Source: Candidatus Uhrbacteria bacterium RIFCSPLOWO2_01_FULL_47_25 (lineage in GTDB: Bacteria; Patescibacteriota; Patescibacteriia; GWA2-46-9). Taken from it: a DNA stretch of 64,000 nt. A program made the position numbers and the translations under genes. Below, piece by piece: positions 28,729 through 38,521 of the stretch. Where the stretch lies: NCBI GenBank assembly GCA_001791325.1, contig MGEK01000033.1, forward strand, positions 8,370 to 72,369. The letters run 5' to 3'. Every line of letters starts with the position of its first letter. Within the stretch, counting starts at the first letter, position 1. The notes beneath the pieces were generated by a model, which was not told the origin of the DNA, did not search any database, and worked only from the letters and a program-made list of their open reading frames with translations.

Positions 28729-30582
28729 TTGTTTATGTCTCGCTCAATTTTTGCTTCCGGACGCCCTTGGCTTGCGGTAGTCGCTCTTGGTCTCGCGGCT
28801 TTTTTTGTATGGGGCTGGTGGGCGACGGCTCCGCCGGCGGAAGGGTATATTGCCGACAATGTATTTGTGGGAGATACAGTCCTCGGCGGTTTAACCGTGG
28901 CGGAAGCTGAACAAGCATTGCAAAAGCGTCTTGATGAATTAAAGTCAGGCGGTTTGGCATTTACCTATGACGGCCAGAGCGTTGTTATTAATTCCACCAC
29001 TGATCCCACTGATGATCCTGATGTGGTGCGTGAAATAGTTGATGTTGACATATCGGCCACTGTGCAACGTGCTTATGCCGTTGGACGTGTTTGGCGTTTA
29101 GGGTTAGGCCGTCCGCGAATGGTTGTGCCCGCTTTTGTAACTATTCGTGAAAAAGATTTATTTGAAGCCATTCTTGCTAATTTCCCAGACCTTGAAAGAC
29201 CGGCGATTGAGTCAGCCTTTGTTGTTGATCAAGAAACAAAAGAGCTAATTGTAATACCGGAATCTGTTGGTCAGCGTCTTAATAGGAGTGATGCTATAGG
29301 AGAGCTGAAGAGATCCCTGGAAAGATTATCAAACACCGAGGTTGCCCTATCGGTCACAATTGAAAACCCTCAATCCACACAAGAAGAAGGTCGCGCTTTA
29401 CTGCCACAGGTGAAAGAAATTTTAGCTAAATTGCCTTTTGAAATCAAATACGAAGATCAAAACTGGCAGCTTAATCAAGCTGAAGTATTACCCCATCTTA
29501 TTGTCGTGAAAAAGGATAACTTATGGGCATTGGGTCTGCGCCAGGGATTTGTGGATGCTATTCTCGAGCCAATTTCCAAAGAAGTTTCTCGTTCTGTTTC
29601 GGCCGCGCGCTTTAAGATGGAAAATGGCAAGGTGACAGTCTGGCAGCCGCCACAGGACGGGCGCGAACTGGAGATTGAATCAACACTATTGCGCCTAGAG
29701 GATCGTTTAAACAACGGTGCTTCCGGCCCCATGGAACTAGTGGTGAAAGTTGAACCAGCTCCGTCAATAGACGGCGAGGGGCGCGATCTGGGAATAAGAG
29801 AAATTATTGGTGTTGGCAAATCCAATTTTAAGGGCAGCCCCAAAAATCGTCGGCACAATATTAAAGTCGGAGCAGATACTTTAAATGGCATTCTTATTGC
29901 CCCGAATGAAGAATTTTCTCTAGTTAAAGCATTGGGCCCCATTGACGCTTCAACCGGTTATCTTCAAGAGCTCGTTATCAAAGGCAATCGTACTATTCCT
30001 GAATTTGGCGGCGGGCTTTGCCAAATCGGTACTACCATTTTTCGGGCGGCCTTGGCCTCTGGCTTGCCAATCTTGGAGAGGCAGAATCATTCTTACCGCG
30101 TCCGTTATTATGAACCGGCTGGCACTGACGCGACCATCTACGGCCCCAAGCCAGATTTTCGTTTCCTGAACGATACTGGTTATAGCATTCTTATCCAGAC
30201 TAAAATTAAGGGTGATGATTTGATTTTTGAGTTTTGGGGAACAAAAGATGGACGGCAAATTTCCCAAACCACCCCCAGGATATATAATATTACAAAACCC
30301 CCGTCCAAAAAAATTATTCCGACAACAGAGTTGCCGGAAGGTGAAGAAAAATGCACCGAGAGGGCGCACGACGGTGCGGACACGGAATTTACCTATACTG
30401 TTATTTATTCGGATGGCCCCAAGAAAGAAAAAATATTTAAGAGTCATTACCGACCATGGCAGGAAGTGTGTTTACTGGGAGTGAAAGAATTGCCGCCGGC
30501 GCCGTCCACAGATGAGACACCGCTTGAAAACGGCAATGGCACACCTGGCGCTGATTCCCCGGCCGCGGTGACAACTCCGTAA
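28729..30582 (+). CDS. VanW family protein with N-terminal TM
   Basis: VanW core PNEEFSLVKALGPIDASTGYLQELVIKGNRTIPEFGGGLCQIGTTIFRAAL. Confidence 0.7.
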   Translation: MFMSRSIFASGRPWLAVVALGLAAFFVWGWWATAPPAEGYIADNVFVGDTVLGGLTVAEAEQALQKRLDELKSGGLAFTYDGQSVVINSTTDPTDDPDVVREIVDVDISATVQRAYAVGRVWRLGLGRPRMVVPAFVTIREKDLFEAILANFPDLERPAIESAFVVDQETKELIVIPESVGQRLNRSDAIGELKRSLERLSNTEVALSVTIENPQSTQEEGRALLPQVKEILAKLPFEIKYEDQNWQLNQAEVLPHLIVVKKDNLWALGLRQGFVDAILEPISKEVSRSVSAARFKMENGKVTVWQPPQDGRELEIESTLLRLEDRLNNGASGPMELVVKVEPAPSIDGEGRDLGIREIIGVGKSNFKGSPKNRRHNIKVGADTLNGILIAPNEEFSLVKALGPIDASTGYLQELVIKGNRTIPEFGGGLCQIGTTIFRAALASGLPILERQNHSYRVRYYEPAGTDATIYGPKPDFRFLNDTGYSILIQTKIKGDDLIFEFWGTKDGRQISQTTPRIYNITKPPSKKIIPTTELPEGEEKCTERAHDGADTEFTYTVIYSDGPKKEKIFKSHYRPWQEVCLLGVKELPPAPSTDETPLENGNGTPGADSPAAVTTP

Positions 30583-30957
30583 ATATGAAAAGCCCCAGAG
30601 TTGATCTATCACCAGGACGCGATCAGGGGCCGCTTTGACCTTGGTTGAGTGTCAGAGTCTGCATCCAAGAAATTTCTCGTGAGGGAGCATCGAGTGGGGG
30701 CACCAGATTCTCCTCGCAAAAAATCCCATGCTTGTCGTGGATGCAGGCTCTAGCATTCACCCATTACTCCATAGCTATAATAAGCGGGGTTCACACAAAA
30801 CAGACGAGTGTAGCACGGGTTTCTCTCCTTGTCAAGGGCCTCACTCTAAGGCAAAAGTTAAAATGCAAAATTTCAATTCAAAATTTAAAAGCGTCGGTCA
30901 CCAGAACTTTTTACTTTTGCCTTACACTTTTGCACTTTGACTCTTGAATTTTTATTT

Positions 30958-32370
30958 ATGTCTCAAAATATCTCCATCGCTCGCAACACCATCGTTCAGA
31001 CTATCGGCAAAATAATTTCCATTGCCGCGGGGTGGGCAACTCTCGTTATTTTAACAAACTATCTTGGCGCCGCTGGCTTTGGCTCTTATACCATTATGTC
31101 TGCTTACTTGCAGTTTTTTGGCGTAGCCGCTGATTTAGGTTTTGTGCTGGTGAGCGCCCAGCTTTTGGCAGAAAAGCCTCAAGAAAAAGACAAGGTATTT
31201 GCTAATTTACTAACCTTTCGTTTAACAACCGCTCTGATATTATTTTTGGCGCCGCTAGTTATTTGGCTTTTCCCCTATTCACTGCTTATTAAACAAGGAG
31301 TCGTCATTCTCACATTTTCTTTTTTTATAATTGCTCTCTTGCAGGTTTTTACCGGTCTTTTCCAAAAAGAACTGGCCATGGGACGGGCCTTGCTTGGTGA
31401 GTTGGCTGGCCGTCTTGTCTTGCTGGCGGTAGTGCTAATTGCTTTGTTGGCCGAGAAGGGATTGTTATTTGTGGTTTGGGGGGTAGTCTTTGGCAGTTTG
31501 GCAAATTTGTTGCTTGTGGTTTTGTTGTCACGGAGATTTCTTAAAATTTCACTGGCTTGGGATAGAGAAATTTGGCTGACCATTTGGCAACGCTCATGGC
31601 CGATTACTTTGGGCATTGTTTTTAATCTTGTCTATTTAAAAGCCGACACGTTGATTTTATCTCTTACGCGCTCCGAGGCTGAGGTCGGAATTTACGGCGC
31701 CATGTATCGGGTGCTGGAAGTCTTAATTACTTTTCCCACCATGTTTGCCGGTCTTTTGCTGCCAGTTTTGGCCGCGGCTTGGGCGCGGCAAGATTTAATT
31801 ACTTTTCGTCAAACGCTTCAAAAATCGCTTGACGTGGTGATTTATCTGGCCTGGCCGCTTGTTATTGGTGTTGCCTTTACGGCGGCGCGCCTTTCTGCCT
31901 TGTTCGGCTCCGAGTTTCGTAATTCTGGAGTCATACTTTTAATGTTGGTTATAGCAACCAGCATAATTTTTGTAGGCACATACTTTGGCCATGTTATTGT
32001 GGCGGTGGGGCGGCAGCGCTCAATGATTTGGGCTTATGCCCTGACCGCTGCGATTAGCCTTGTTGGTTACCTTGTTTTTATTCCGGCTTATGGCGCTTAT
32101 GGCGCGGCTGGTATGACTATCGTGGCGGAGCTTATTATGGCTACCTTGGGGTATGTGATGTTGAAAAAATTTATTGGTAAGAGACCATCGCTTAGTAAAT
32201 TGGGCGTAGCGTTTTTGGCAACTGTGCCGATGGCTATTTTTCTTTGGAGCGGTGCCAGTTTGCCCTTGTTGGTTTTGATTACTGGCTCTATGCTGATTTA
32301 CGGTATTACCCTTTACGCTTTTGGCATTTTAACGCGTGAATTTATTACTGCGCTAATTGCTATTTCTTAA
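30958..32370 (+). CDS. Polysaccharide biosynthesis (Wzx/MOP-type) flippase
   Basis: About 12-14 TM helices. N-terminal MSQNISIARNTIVQTIGKIISIAAGWATLVILTNYLG is typical of Polysacc_synt/MOP flippases. Confidence 0.6.
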   Translation: MSQNISIARNTIVQTIGKIISIAAGWATLVILTNYLGAAGFGSYTIMSAYLQFFGVAADLGFVLVSAQLLAEKPQEKDKVFANLLTFRLTTALILFLAPLVIWLFPYSLLIKQGVVILTFSFFIIALLQVFTGLFQKELAMGRALLGELAGRLVLLAVVLIALLAEKGLLFVVWGVVFGSLANLLLVVLLSRRFLKISLAWDREIWLTIWQRSWPITLGIVFNLVYLKADTLILSLTRSEAEVGIYGAMYRVLEVLITFPTMFAGLLLPVLAAAWARQDLITFRQTLQKSLDVVIYLAWPLVIGVAFTAARLSALFGSEFRNSGVILLMLVIATSIIFVGTYFGHVIVAVGRQRSMIWAYALTAAISLVGYLVFIPAYGAYGAAGMTIVAELIMATLGYVMLKKFIGKRPSLSKLGVAFLATVPMAIFLWSGASLPLLVLITGSMLIYGITLYAFGILTREFITALIAIS

Positions 32371-33697
32371 TAACGAAATGATGATTATTTTGGCCGTAAT
32401 TTATTTTTTGCTTTTTGTGGCGTTGGCTTATCGTTCAGATAAGCTGGCCTTGGCGTTACTGGCAGCTCTCTTGCCGACATACGGTTTGCGTTTTTCTGTG
32501 GCTGGCGTGCCGACGACTTTTCTTGAAGTATCAATTTGGGCCATAGCTATAGTGTGGTTTTACAAACAGTGGCGGTCTCACGGATTTCCGCGTTGGCCTT
32601 CTTTAATTGAAGCGCAGAGCGACAAAAACCCATTTGCGCCATATCTTTGGCTAATTTTACTTTGGATTTTTGTGGCCACACTGTCCGCGGCAATTTCTCC
32701 CAATCCCGTGGCCGCGCTCGGTATCTGGAAAGCATATTTTGTTGATCCTTTGTTAGTATTTGTTTTGGTTGTTTCCATTTTTCGCGGCACAAAAGAGAGC
32801 TGGTGGCTTATTTATTCTTTGGGAGCAACCGTTGTGGCTATTGGCAGCTTGGCTTGGTATCAAAAATTCACAGGACTGTGGTTGCCCGAGCCCTGGGCAA
32901 CAGAACTGCCCCTGCGAGTAACATCTTGGTATTCATATCCCAACGCGGTTGGGCTTTTTGTCGGGCCAATATTGACGGCTTACCTTGTATGGTTGATGCG
33001 AGATATTAAACGCGAGCCACCTCATTTATTCTCTCATCTTTGGAAACTACTAGTTGTTATCTTAGGCACTGGCGCAATAATATTTTCTCTCACCAAAGGA
33101 GCGTGGGTTGGGGTTGTCGTCGGCGCGGTTGTCGGGGCTTTGTTCGTTTGGCAAAATTATTGGCGCAAAATTATTTTGGGCGGTATGCTTTTGGCCGCGG
33201 TATTATTAATTTTTATGCCAACCGCAAGAGGCGCGCTCTGGGAACAATTTACGTTTCAGTCTGCATCAGGCAAGATGCGCCTTGTTGTTTGGGAAGAAAC
33301 TATTTCTTTGCTAAAAGATCATCCAATTCAAGGCGCTGGTTTGGCTGGTTATCAAATGGCACTCGCGCCCTATCACCAAGAATGGCGCAAAGATATTTCG
33401 TCCTACAAGCTGGAAATTTTTCTATACCCACACAATATCATCCTGAATTTTTGGGTGGAGCTTGGTCTTGCTGGTTTGATAATTTTTATTTGGCTTCTTC
33501 TAGTGTTTGGCAAAACAGTTTGGAAAAACCGCGCTGATCCCATGGCGCAACTATCCGCCGCCGCCATGGTTGCCTTGCTTGTTCATGGACTAGTTGATGT
33601 CCCTTATTTCAAAAACGATCTAGCCGTACTATTTTGGGTGATTATGGCATTACCACTATTAGTTTCTGTGTCTTCGTCTAGCGTTTTTTCAGACTAA
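32357..33697 (+). CDS. O-antigen ligase/Wzy-like polymerase family membrane protein
   Basis: Polytopic membrane protein with a periplasmic-loop region YPHNIILNFWVELGLAGLIIF typical of the Wzy_C/O-antigen ligase family. Confidence 0.5.
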   Translation: MLFLNNEMMIILAVIYFLLFVALAYRSDKLALALLAALLPTYGLRFSVAGVPTTFLEVSIWAIAIVWFYKQWRSHGFPRWPSLIEAQSDKNPFAPYLWLILLWIFVATLSAAISPNPVAALGIWKAYFVDPLLVFVLVVSIFRGTKESWWLIYSLGATVVAIGSLAWYQKFTGLWLPEPWATELPLRVTSWYSYPNAVGLFVGPILTAYLVWLMRDIKREPPHLFSHLWKLLVVILGTGAIIFSLTKGAWVGVVVGAVVGALFVWQNYWRKIILGGMLLAAVLLIFMPTARGALWEQFTFQSASGKMRLVVWEETISLLKDHPIQGAGLAGYQMALAPYHQEWRKDISSYKLEIFLYPHNIILNFWVELGLAGLIIFIWLLLVFGKTVWKNRADPMAQLSAAAMVALLVHGLVDVPYFKNDLAVLFWVIMALPLLVSVSSSSVFSD

Positions 33698-33715
33698 AAA
33701 ACAACCACGCGGCCG

Positions 33716-34336
33716 TTAAGACGTTAGCCGCGCGAACACACCATTAAATTTTTTTGCTCGGATAGCTAAAGCAAGTTCGTAGACGCTAAAAAAAGAGGCG
33801 TTGTAAAAAAGATCGGCCAAAAGGGAATTTCTGAAAAATGGTATAGCCATAGTATAGGAGAGAAGCAGTCCTGACGGAGTGTGTGCGTACCAGTTAGATA
33901 AATACCAGACAGCGAAATTGGTAGTAATGAAAAATATTACCGAGCCAGAGAGCGAAGCGAGTAAAATATTGCTCGCGGATTTATTTTTTCTTATTATCCA
34001 GCCGATTGGCGCAATGATCGCGAAGCTCGCGTACACGACCATCATTAACCGCCAGTCATAAAAACCAATAAAAAAATCGCTAATAAGCATGACCGCGATT
34101 GGCAGGAAGAATCCATAACGTTTGGGCAGATAAACGCCGACCCAAAGAGCGAGCGCTCCAATGGGCACGAAGTTAGGCGCGTGGTAGAGCAAGCGCGCCG
34201 CTACTCCGAAAATAATAAAAAACGAAGCGCCCCATAGACATAGGTTCGCAATTGCGGACCGTCCGAAATTTTTGGGCGCGGAGCCCCACACTATCCCGCT
34301 TGGCGGGATTGGTGCGGAGGAGAAGCCGCTAATCAT
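33716..34336 (-). CDS. Polytopic membrane protein, possibly an ECF-transporter S-component-like substrate-binding subunit
   Basis: 5-6 TM helices. Start set at the Met 2 nt after the DUF4430 stop (tight operon). Confidence 0.3.
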   Translation of the reverse strand: MISGFSSAPIPPSGIVWGSAPKNFGRSAIANLCLWGASFFIIFGVAARLLYHAPNFVPIGALALWVGVYLPKRYGFFLPIAVMLISDFFIGFYDWRLMMVVYASFAIIAPIGWIIRKNKSASNILLASLSGSVIFFITTNFAVWYLSNWYAHTPSGLLLSYTMAIPFFRNSLLADLFYNASFFSVYELALAIRAKKFNGVFARLTS

Positions 34337-34338
34337 AT

Positions 34339-34800
34339 TTAAAACCCCTGATCTGGCAAAAATTTCCACTCAATAATATCACCATTTTTTGGTTGATATG
34401 AACTCGCGCCCACATCCGGTCTTTTATTGTTCACCCAATATTGCCAATAGCTTGTCCCTGTGCCATTGCTTTTATCGCCGATTTTGGTAACTAAGGCGCC
34501 GAGGCCGGCGTATTCCTTGTATTCAAGGGGAATGTTTGTCGTGGCGAACGCGTTTTTCATTGTGTCTAGAAGATTGGCGTTATTGTTGACCTCAATATCA
34601 TTCATGGTTTTGACTGTGCCGTCCTCAAAATCAACCATGATGCTGATTTTTGGTTGCCCTTGCGTTGTTACTAATTCTCTTTGCGGATTTGCCGTTATTT
34701 TGGAAGGCGACAAATTTTTATAGCCAAAATACAGGCCGCCACCAAAACCAATGACAAGGGCCAAAACAATGAATAGAAAAATTTTGAATTTTGAGGACAT
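34339..34800 (-). CDS. DUF4430 (transcobalamin-like) domain protein with N-terminal TM anchor
   Basis: C-terminal GTGTSYWQYWVNNKRPDVGASSYQPKNGDIIEWKF matches the DUF4430 signature (…WmY.vNg.....ga..y.lkdGD.i.w.y). Confidence 0.5.
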   Translation of the reverse strand: MSSKFKIFLFIVLALVIGFGGGLYFGYKNLSPSKITANPQRELVTTQGQPKISIMVDFEDGTVKTMNDIEVNNNANLLDTMKNAFATTNIPLEYKEYAGLGALVTKIGDKSNGTGTSYWQYWVNNKRPDVGASSYQPKNGDIIEWKFLPDQGF

Positions 34801-34937
34801 ACCCCGTTAGAAGTTTCTGGCCCCGCTATGCGGGGCTGTGGTCCCGCCATGCGGGATAGTATTTAATTGGTTAATAGATTGCATCATGGTTAAAAGATTA
34901 AACATTATGTTAAGCCAGACTTCTAATGGGGCATGCG
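34798..34937. mobile_element. MITE-like element copy 3 (inverted orientation)
   Basis: ACCCCGTTAGAAGTTTCT … AGACTTCTAATGGGGCATGCG. Its reverse complement aligns to copy 1 across the …caaccaattaaatactat… core. Confidence 0.7.
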
Positions 34938-35061
34938 ATCAGTATAAAGTATTTTTTGGAAACGAGGTAGAGGATGTTTGTTGGCTTGTAGCTACTGCTT
35001 TAATATGGTAGCGTAGGAAACAAGGCGACTGGATAGTTTGTCGTATAGAATAATAACTAAT

Positions 35062-35152
35062 GGCGAGGTGCCGGAGCGGTTGAACGGGCCGCACTCGAAA
35101 TGCGGTAAACCCCACAAGGGTTTCGTGAGTTCGAATCTCACCCTCGCCGCCA
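35062..35152 (+). tRNA. tRNA-Ser (anticodon CGA), CCA encoded
   Basis: Acceptor GGCGAGG/CCTCGCC. Anticodon stem CCGCA/TGCGG with loop CTCGAAA. Long variable arm. T-stem GTGAG/CTCAC. 3' GCCA. Confidence 0.75.
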
Positions 35153-35250
35153 AGAAAATTTATTATCGTGTAGACCTATATAGTCGAGATAACGGGGCAA
35201 CCCGAGTAGTTAATAGATATAGCACAACATCGATTAAAAAACACATTACC

Positions 35251-36033
35251 ATGAGTGAATCAATACCAATTTCAACACAATGGCTTTTAGACGCCTCTGA
35301 AGAGCCGAATCGTAAAGCAATTAATTCTGTTTATCTAATATATTGCGATAAAACGCAAAGCAAAGGAACTGGATTTGCAATAAAAAGTGGTCAAATAATA
35401 ACAAACTGGCATGTCGTTAAAGGTTGTACTTTCGCCGAAGTCGTTGCAATCTCAAGCGATAACAAACAACTCAAATTTACTAAGTTAGTTGTAGACGAAA
35501 ACCGAGACCTTGCAATCCTAACTCCAGAATCATCAATAATCAGTGATTTAGAAATTGACAATCAAAAGGTTGAAACCGAAACAAAAGTTTTGACATGGGG
35601 ACATCCTCTTGCATATAACGGCCCTAGTCCCATTTTGTCCGTTGGCTATTTAGCAGGTTTTAACGATTACCAAAAAGATAAAGATAGCCCAAAAGTAAAA
35701 AGATATATAATAAATGGGGCATTGAACCCCGGCAATTCTGGTGGGCCGCTTTTTATTGCTGGTACAAACAAAGTTGTTGGTGTTGTAGTTGCCAAGCATG
35801 CTCCTATCACCCAATTTCTATTATCAGCCATAAAAGCGTTAGCAGAAAATAAAAATGGTCTACAGTATACTGGCACAAACGAAAAAGGAGAACATATTAA
35901 TTTTGCGGAATCTCAAATTGTAGCTGAACTTCTCGAACATCAAAGAAAATTGACTCAAGTTATGCTTGGCGAGGCTATAGTAATTGATGAATTAATTGCT
36001 TTCCTTAAAGAAAATAAAATTGAAGGTCGGTAG
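35251..36033 (+). CDS. Trypsin-like (S1/chymotrypsin-fold) serine peptidase, no signal peptide
   Basis: Catalytic triad context TNWHVV (His), DLAIL (Asp), GNSGGPLF (Ser). The track ORF start at 35038 reads through the tRNA, so the start is set at the first Met after it. Confidence 0.6.
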   Translation: MSESIPISTQWLLDASEEPNRKAINSVYLIYCDKTQSKGTGFAIKSGQIITNWHVVKGCTFAEVVAISSDNKQLKFTKLVVDENRDLAILTPESSIISDLEIDNQKVETETKVLTWGHPLAYNGPSPILSVGYLAGFNDYQKDKDSPKVKRYIINGALNPGNSGGPLFIAGTNKVVGVVVAKHAPITQFLLSAIKALAENKNGLQYTGTNEKGEHINFAESQIVAELLEHQRKLTQVMLGEAIVIDELIAFLKENKIEGR

Positions 36034-36167
36034 GCCATCGTTCAACATGGCATATTTGTTCTAGAAATTTTACACTGTAATAAAATTATAAAGGAATTAG
36101 AGAGAATAGTTTTAAATAGCTGACCAATGTACCTAAAAATCGCGCTGTAAAATTACTTTAAAAAATA

Positions 36168-36857
36168 ATGACAAAAGAACAGGAAAAAATAATTGAGGAA
36201 TTAATTACTGAGGGAACAAAAAGAATCCAGGCGCCTCGAAATATTAATCCATTTGAAACAGGCATCCCAAAAGCCGAAGAATTGTTAAATGATTTAGAAC
36301 ATTTTCCATATATTTTTGTTTTGGCGTGTGTAATGGACAGACAGATAAGGACTGGTCGAGCTTGGGCTATTCCGTATCATGTAGGTAAAGAAATTGGCGG
36401 GTTTGAATTTTCAAATTTTCTGAAATTTAATATAAATGAAATCAGGACGATTTTCATCAAAAAATCATTGCATCGTTTTAATGAAGTGATGGCGAAAAAC
36501 TTTTACTTGGCAATCCAAGATATTCATTCAAAATATAATGACAATGCCGCAAATATATGGGCAGGCAAACCCAAAAGTGCATCGGTCATTAGACGTTTTC
36601 TTGAATTCAAGGGGGTGGGTATAAAAATTGCAAATATGGCCGCTAACATTTTGGCTAGAGATTTTAAAATACCAATGGTTGATTATTCTTCAATTGATAT
36701 TGCGCCGGATGTTCAAGTAAAAAGATTTTTTACTCATTATGGTTTATTGCGAAAGGGCGGAAGTAAAGAAGAATTAATTTATCTTGCTCGAGAGATATAT
36801 CCAAAGTATCCTGGTATTCTCGATATTGCTGCGTGGGAACTTGGAAGAAAGCTTTAA
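36168..36857 (+). CDS. HhH-GPD superfamily DNA glycosylase-like protein (EndoIII/MagIII-like, no Fe-S cluster)
   Basis: NPFE start motif. Helix-hairpin-helix FKGVGIKIANMAANIL with Lys at the EndoIII K120 position. IAPDVQVKRF with Asp at the catalytic Asp position. No C-terminal Cys cluster. Confidence 0.5.
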   Translation: MTKEQEKIIEELITEGTKRIQAPRNINPFETGIPKAEELLNDLEHFPYIFVLACVMDRQIRTGRAWAIPYHVGKEIGGFEFSNFLKFNINEIRTIFIKKSLHRFNEVMAKNFYLAIQDIHSKYNDNAANIWAGKPKSASVIRRFLEFKGVGIKIANMAANILARDFKIPMVDYSSIDIAPDVQVKRFFTHYGLLRKGGSKEELIYLAREIYPKYPGILDIAAWELGRKL

Positions 36858-37011
36858 AAATAGAAAATAAAATACATCATTTTTTTATACCCCGACCCAC
36901 GTGCCTTAAATCCATCTCTGTTCAGAAAGTCAAAAAAGCCCTATTATACTCTTATAATATCGACATTTTGGGATACTTAACCCGAGTGGCCCGAATATAA
37001 TTCTATTTAAT

Positions 37012-37641
37012 ATGCATAACATAAAATCAATTTTTGGGACAATTTTTTTCCTGACATTTATAGGCGTTTTTGTAAGTATATTTTTTTACAAAGAAGCCGT
37101 GCCATTTATTGCCGGCGCTAGTTTTATGTCCCTTGGCCTATTTATGTCAATGGATACTGCCGGTTGGCGAATCTCCTCTTCTGCTGGAAAGGTTCTGGTA
37201 ATTATTTCTTTTATTGTGATGGGGATTATCTCAATTTATATTGGATATCAAAACTACAAAACCATACAAATCTATGCACTTGAGCTAAGGGAGGAAAGTA
37301 AAAATCAGTGGCGGGCAACGTTCCGGGTTCCCGAAGACGTTTCCTTGTCATCAGAACGGCACATTTTAAGATTTTATGTTACTTATCGGGCTCGTCCAGC
37401 AAGTAGTGGTAGAATAACCTTGCACATAAGATCCCCTCTAGAGCGTCATGATATCACTGGCGAAATCCGCGGTCAGTACAATAGTAATAATAAATTACGC
37501 CCAACCACCATCTCGTCGTCCCTTGGAGATGGCTACGTGTTTGTACCTACCTTGGGTCAATACTCAATTAGTGCAGAGGTTGAAAAAGATGTTTCTGTAG
37601 ATATTAATTCCATAAAATTAGAAATTAGAAAGCCGCGATGA
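37012..37641 (+). CDS. Hypothetical membrane protein (3 N-terminal TM helices plus soluble domain)
   Basis: Hydrophobic N-terminus. No recognisable motif. Confidence 0.4.
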   Translation: MHNIKSIFGTIFFLTFIGVFVSIFFYKEAVPFIAGASFMSLGLFMSMDTAGWRISSSAGKVLVIISFIVMGIISIYIGYQNYKTIQIYALELREESKNQWRATFRVPEDVSLSSERHILRFYVTYRARPASSGRITLHIRSPLERHDITGEIRGQYNSNNKLRPTTISSSLGDGYVFVPTLGQYSISAEVEKDVSVDINSIKLEIRKPR

Positions 37642-37692
37642 ATCAGTCCCGCACTACAAACTCATTAACAAAGAAATTATTTTTAAAACTAT

Positions 37693-38010
37693 ATGACCAA
37701 TAAAAGTATTATTACACGCAGTATCATAAACGCCCTAGGAGTTATCGTTTATGTGCTCTTGGTGGCTTCTATTTTTACGGTCGGCAAAGATATTTTTGGC
37801 CCAATGCCGGGACTCTTTGGGCCATTTGTGTTTTTGCTTTTGTTTGTGCTTTCGGCGGCGATTGTCGGTTCACTCATTTTCGGCAAACCCGCCTTTCTTT
37901 TTCTTGATGGTCAAAAGAAAGAAGCGCTCACCATGTTTCTCTACACAATACTTTGGCTTTTTATTGTTACTTTCTGTACGCTTGCCGTCGTGGCAATTCT
38001 TCGCCCATAG
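37693..38010 (+). CDS. Hypothetical small membrane protein (3 TM)
   Basis: 105 aa, strongly hydrophobic. Confidence 0.4.
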   Translation: MTNKSIITRSIINALGVIVYVLLVASIFTVGKDIFGPMPGLFGPFVFLLLFVLSAAIVGSLIFGKPAFLFLDGQKKEALTMFLYTILWLFIVTFCTLAVVAILRP

Positions 38011-38132
38011 CCTCGGAGTTGCGCAACATGCGGTGGGGGCCGTGCATATATTTGTAGAAATATCACAAGTGTGGTATTTTTGATTTAGGCTTTCTCTCTT
38101 GAAACTTTACAACAGATAAGGAGGGTTTTAGG

Positions 38133-38417
38133 ATGCGCTTTGTGTTATTCTTGTTTATTGTAAGTCCATTACTAGTTTTGGGGGCGGGACTTATAACGAT
38201 ACCCCTCACGATTGTGGACATAAAGAGGAAGCTTCGAAAAGCAGAAAAGTTCAACAGGGGGCATAAAATCTGGTGCCGTGCAGGGGTGGAGGGTTCAAGT
38301 CAGTGCACTTGCGCAGGGCCGCCGTCTATTGACGGAAAGATGACGGGCTTGGAGATATCTGAGCGTTGGCGCTTGATTTGGTTGGCATCAACAAGAGAAG
38401 CCAATTTGGCGAAGTAG
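38133..38417 (+). CDS. Hypothetical small membrane-anchored protein
   Basis: SD AAGGAGGG precedes ATG 38133. N-terminal TM. Confidence 0.35.
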   Translation: MRFVLFLFIVSPLLVLGAGLITIPLTIVDIKRKLRKAEKFNRGHKIWCRAGVEGSSQCTCAGPPSIDGKMTGLEISERWRLIWLASTREANLAK

Positions 38418-38521
38418 CTTTTCAGCAACTGCCCCTCTCTCCCGTCCTGTAATCTTGATGGTCTGAATTGATGGCGCTATCCGCAAAAGGAGGCGCCATC
38501 TTTTCTCATCAGTAGTGAATA

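Noticed and set aside
35038-35250. N-terminal 71 aa of track ORF 35038..36033
   Set aside because: This stretch reads straight through tRNA-Ser (35062..35152). The real start is taken as Met 35251 after the tRNA.
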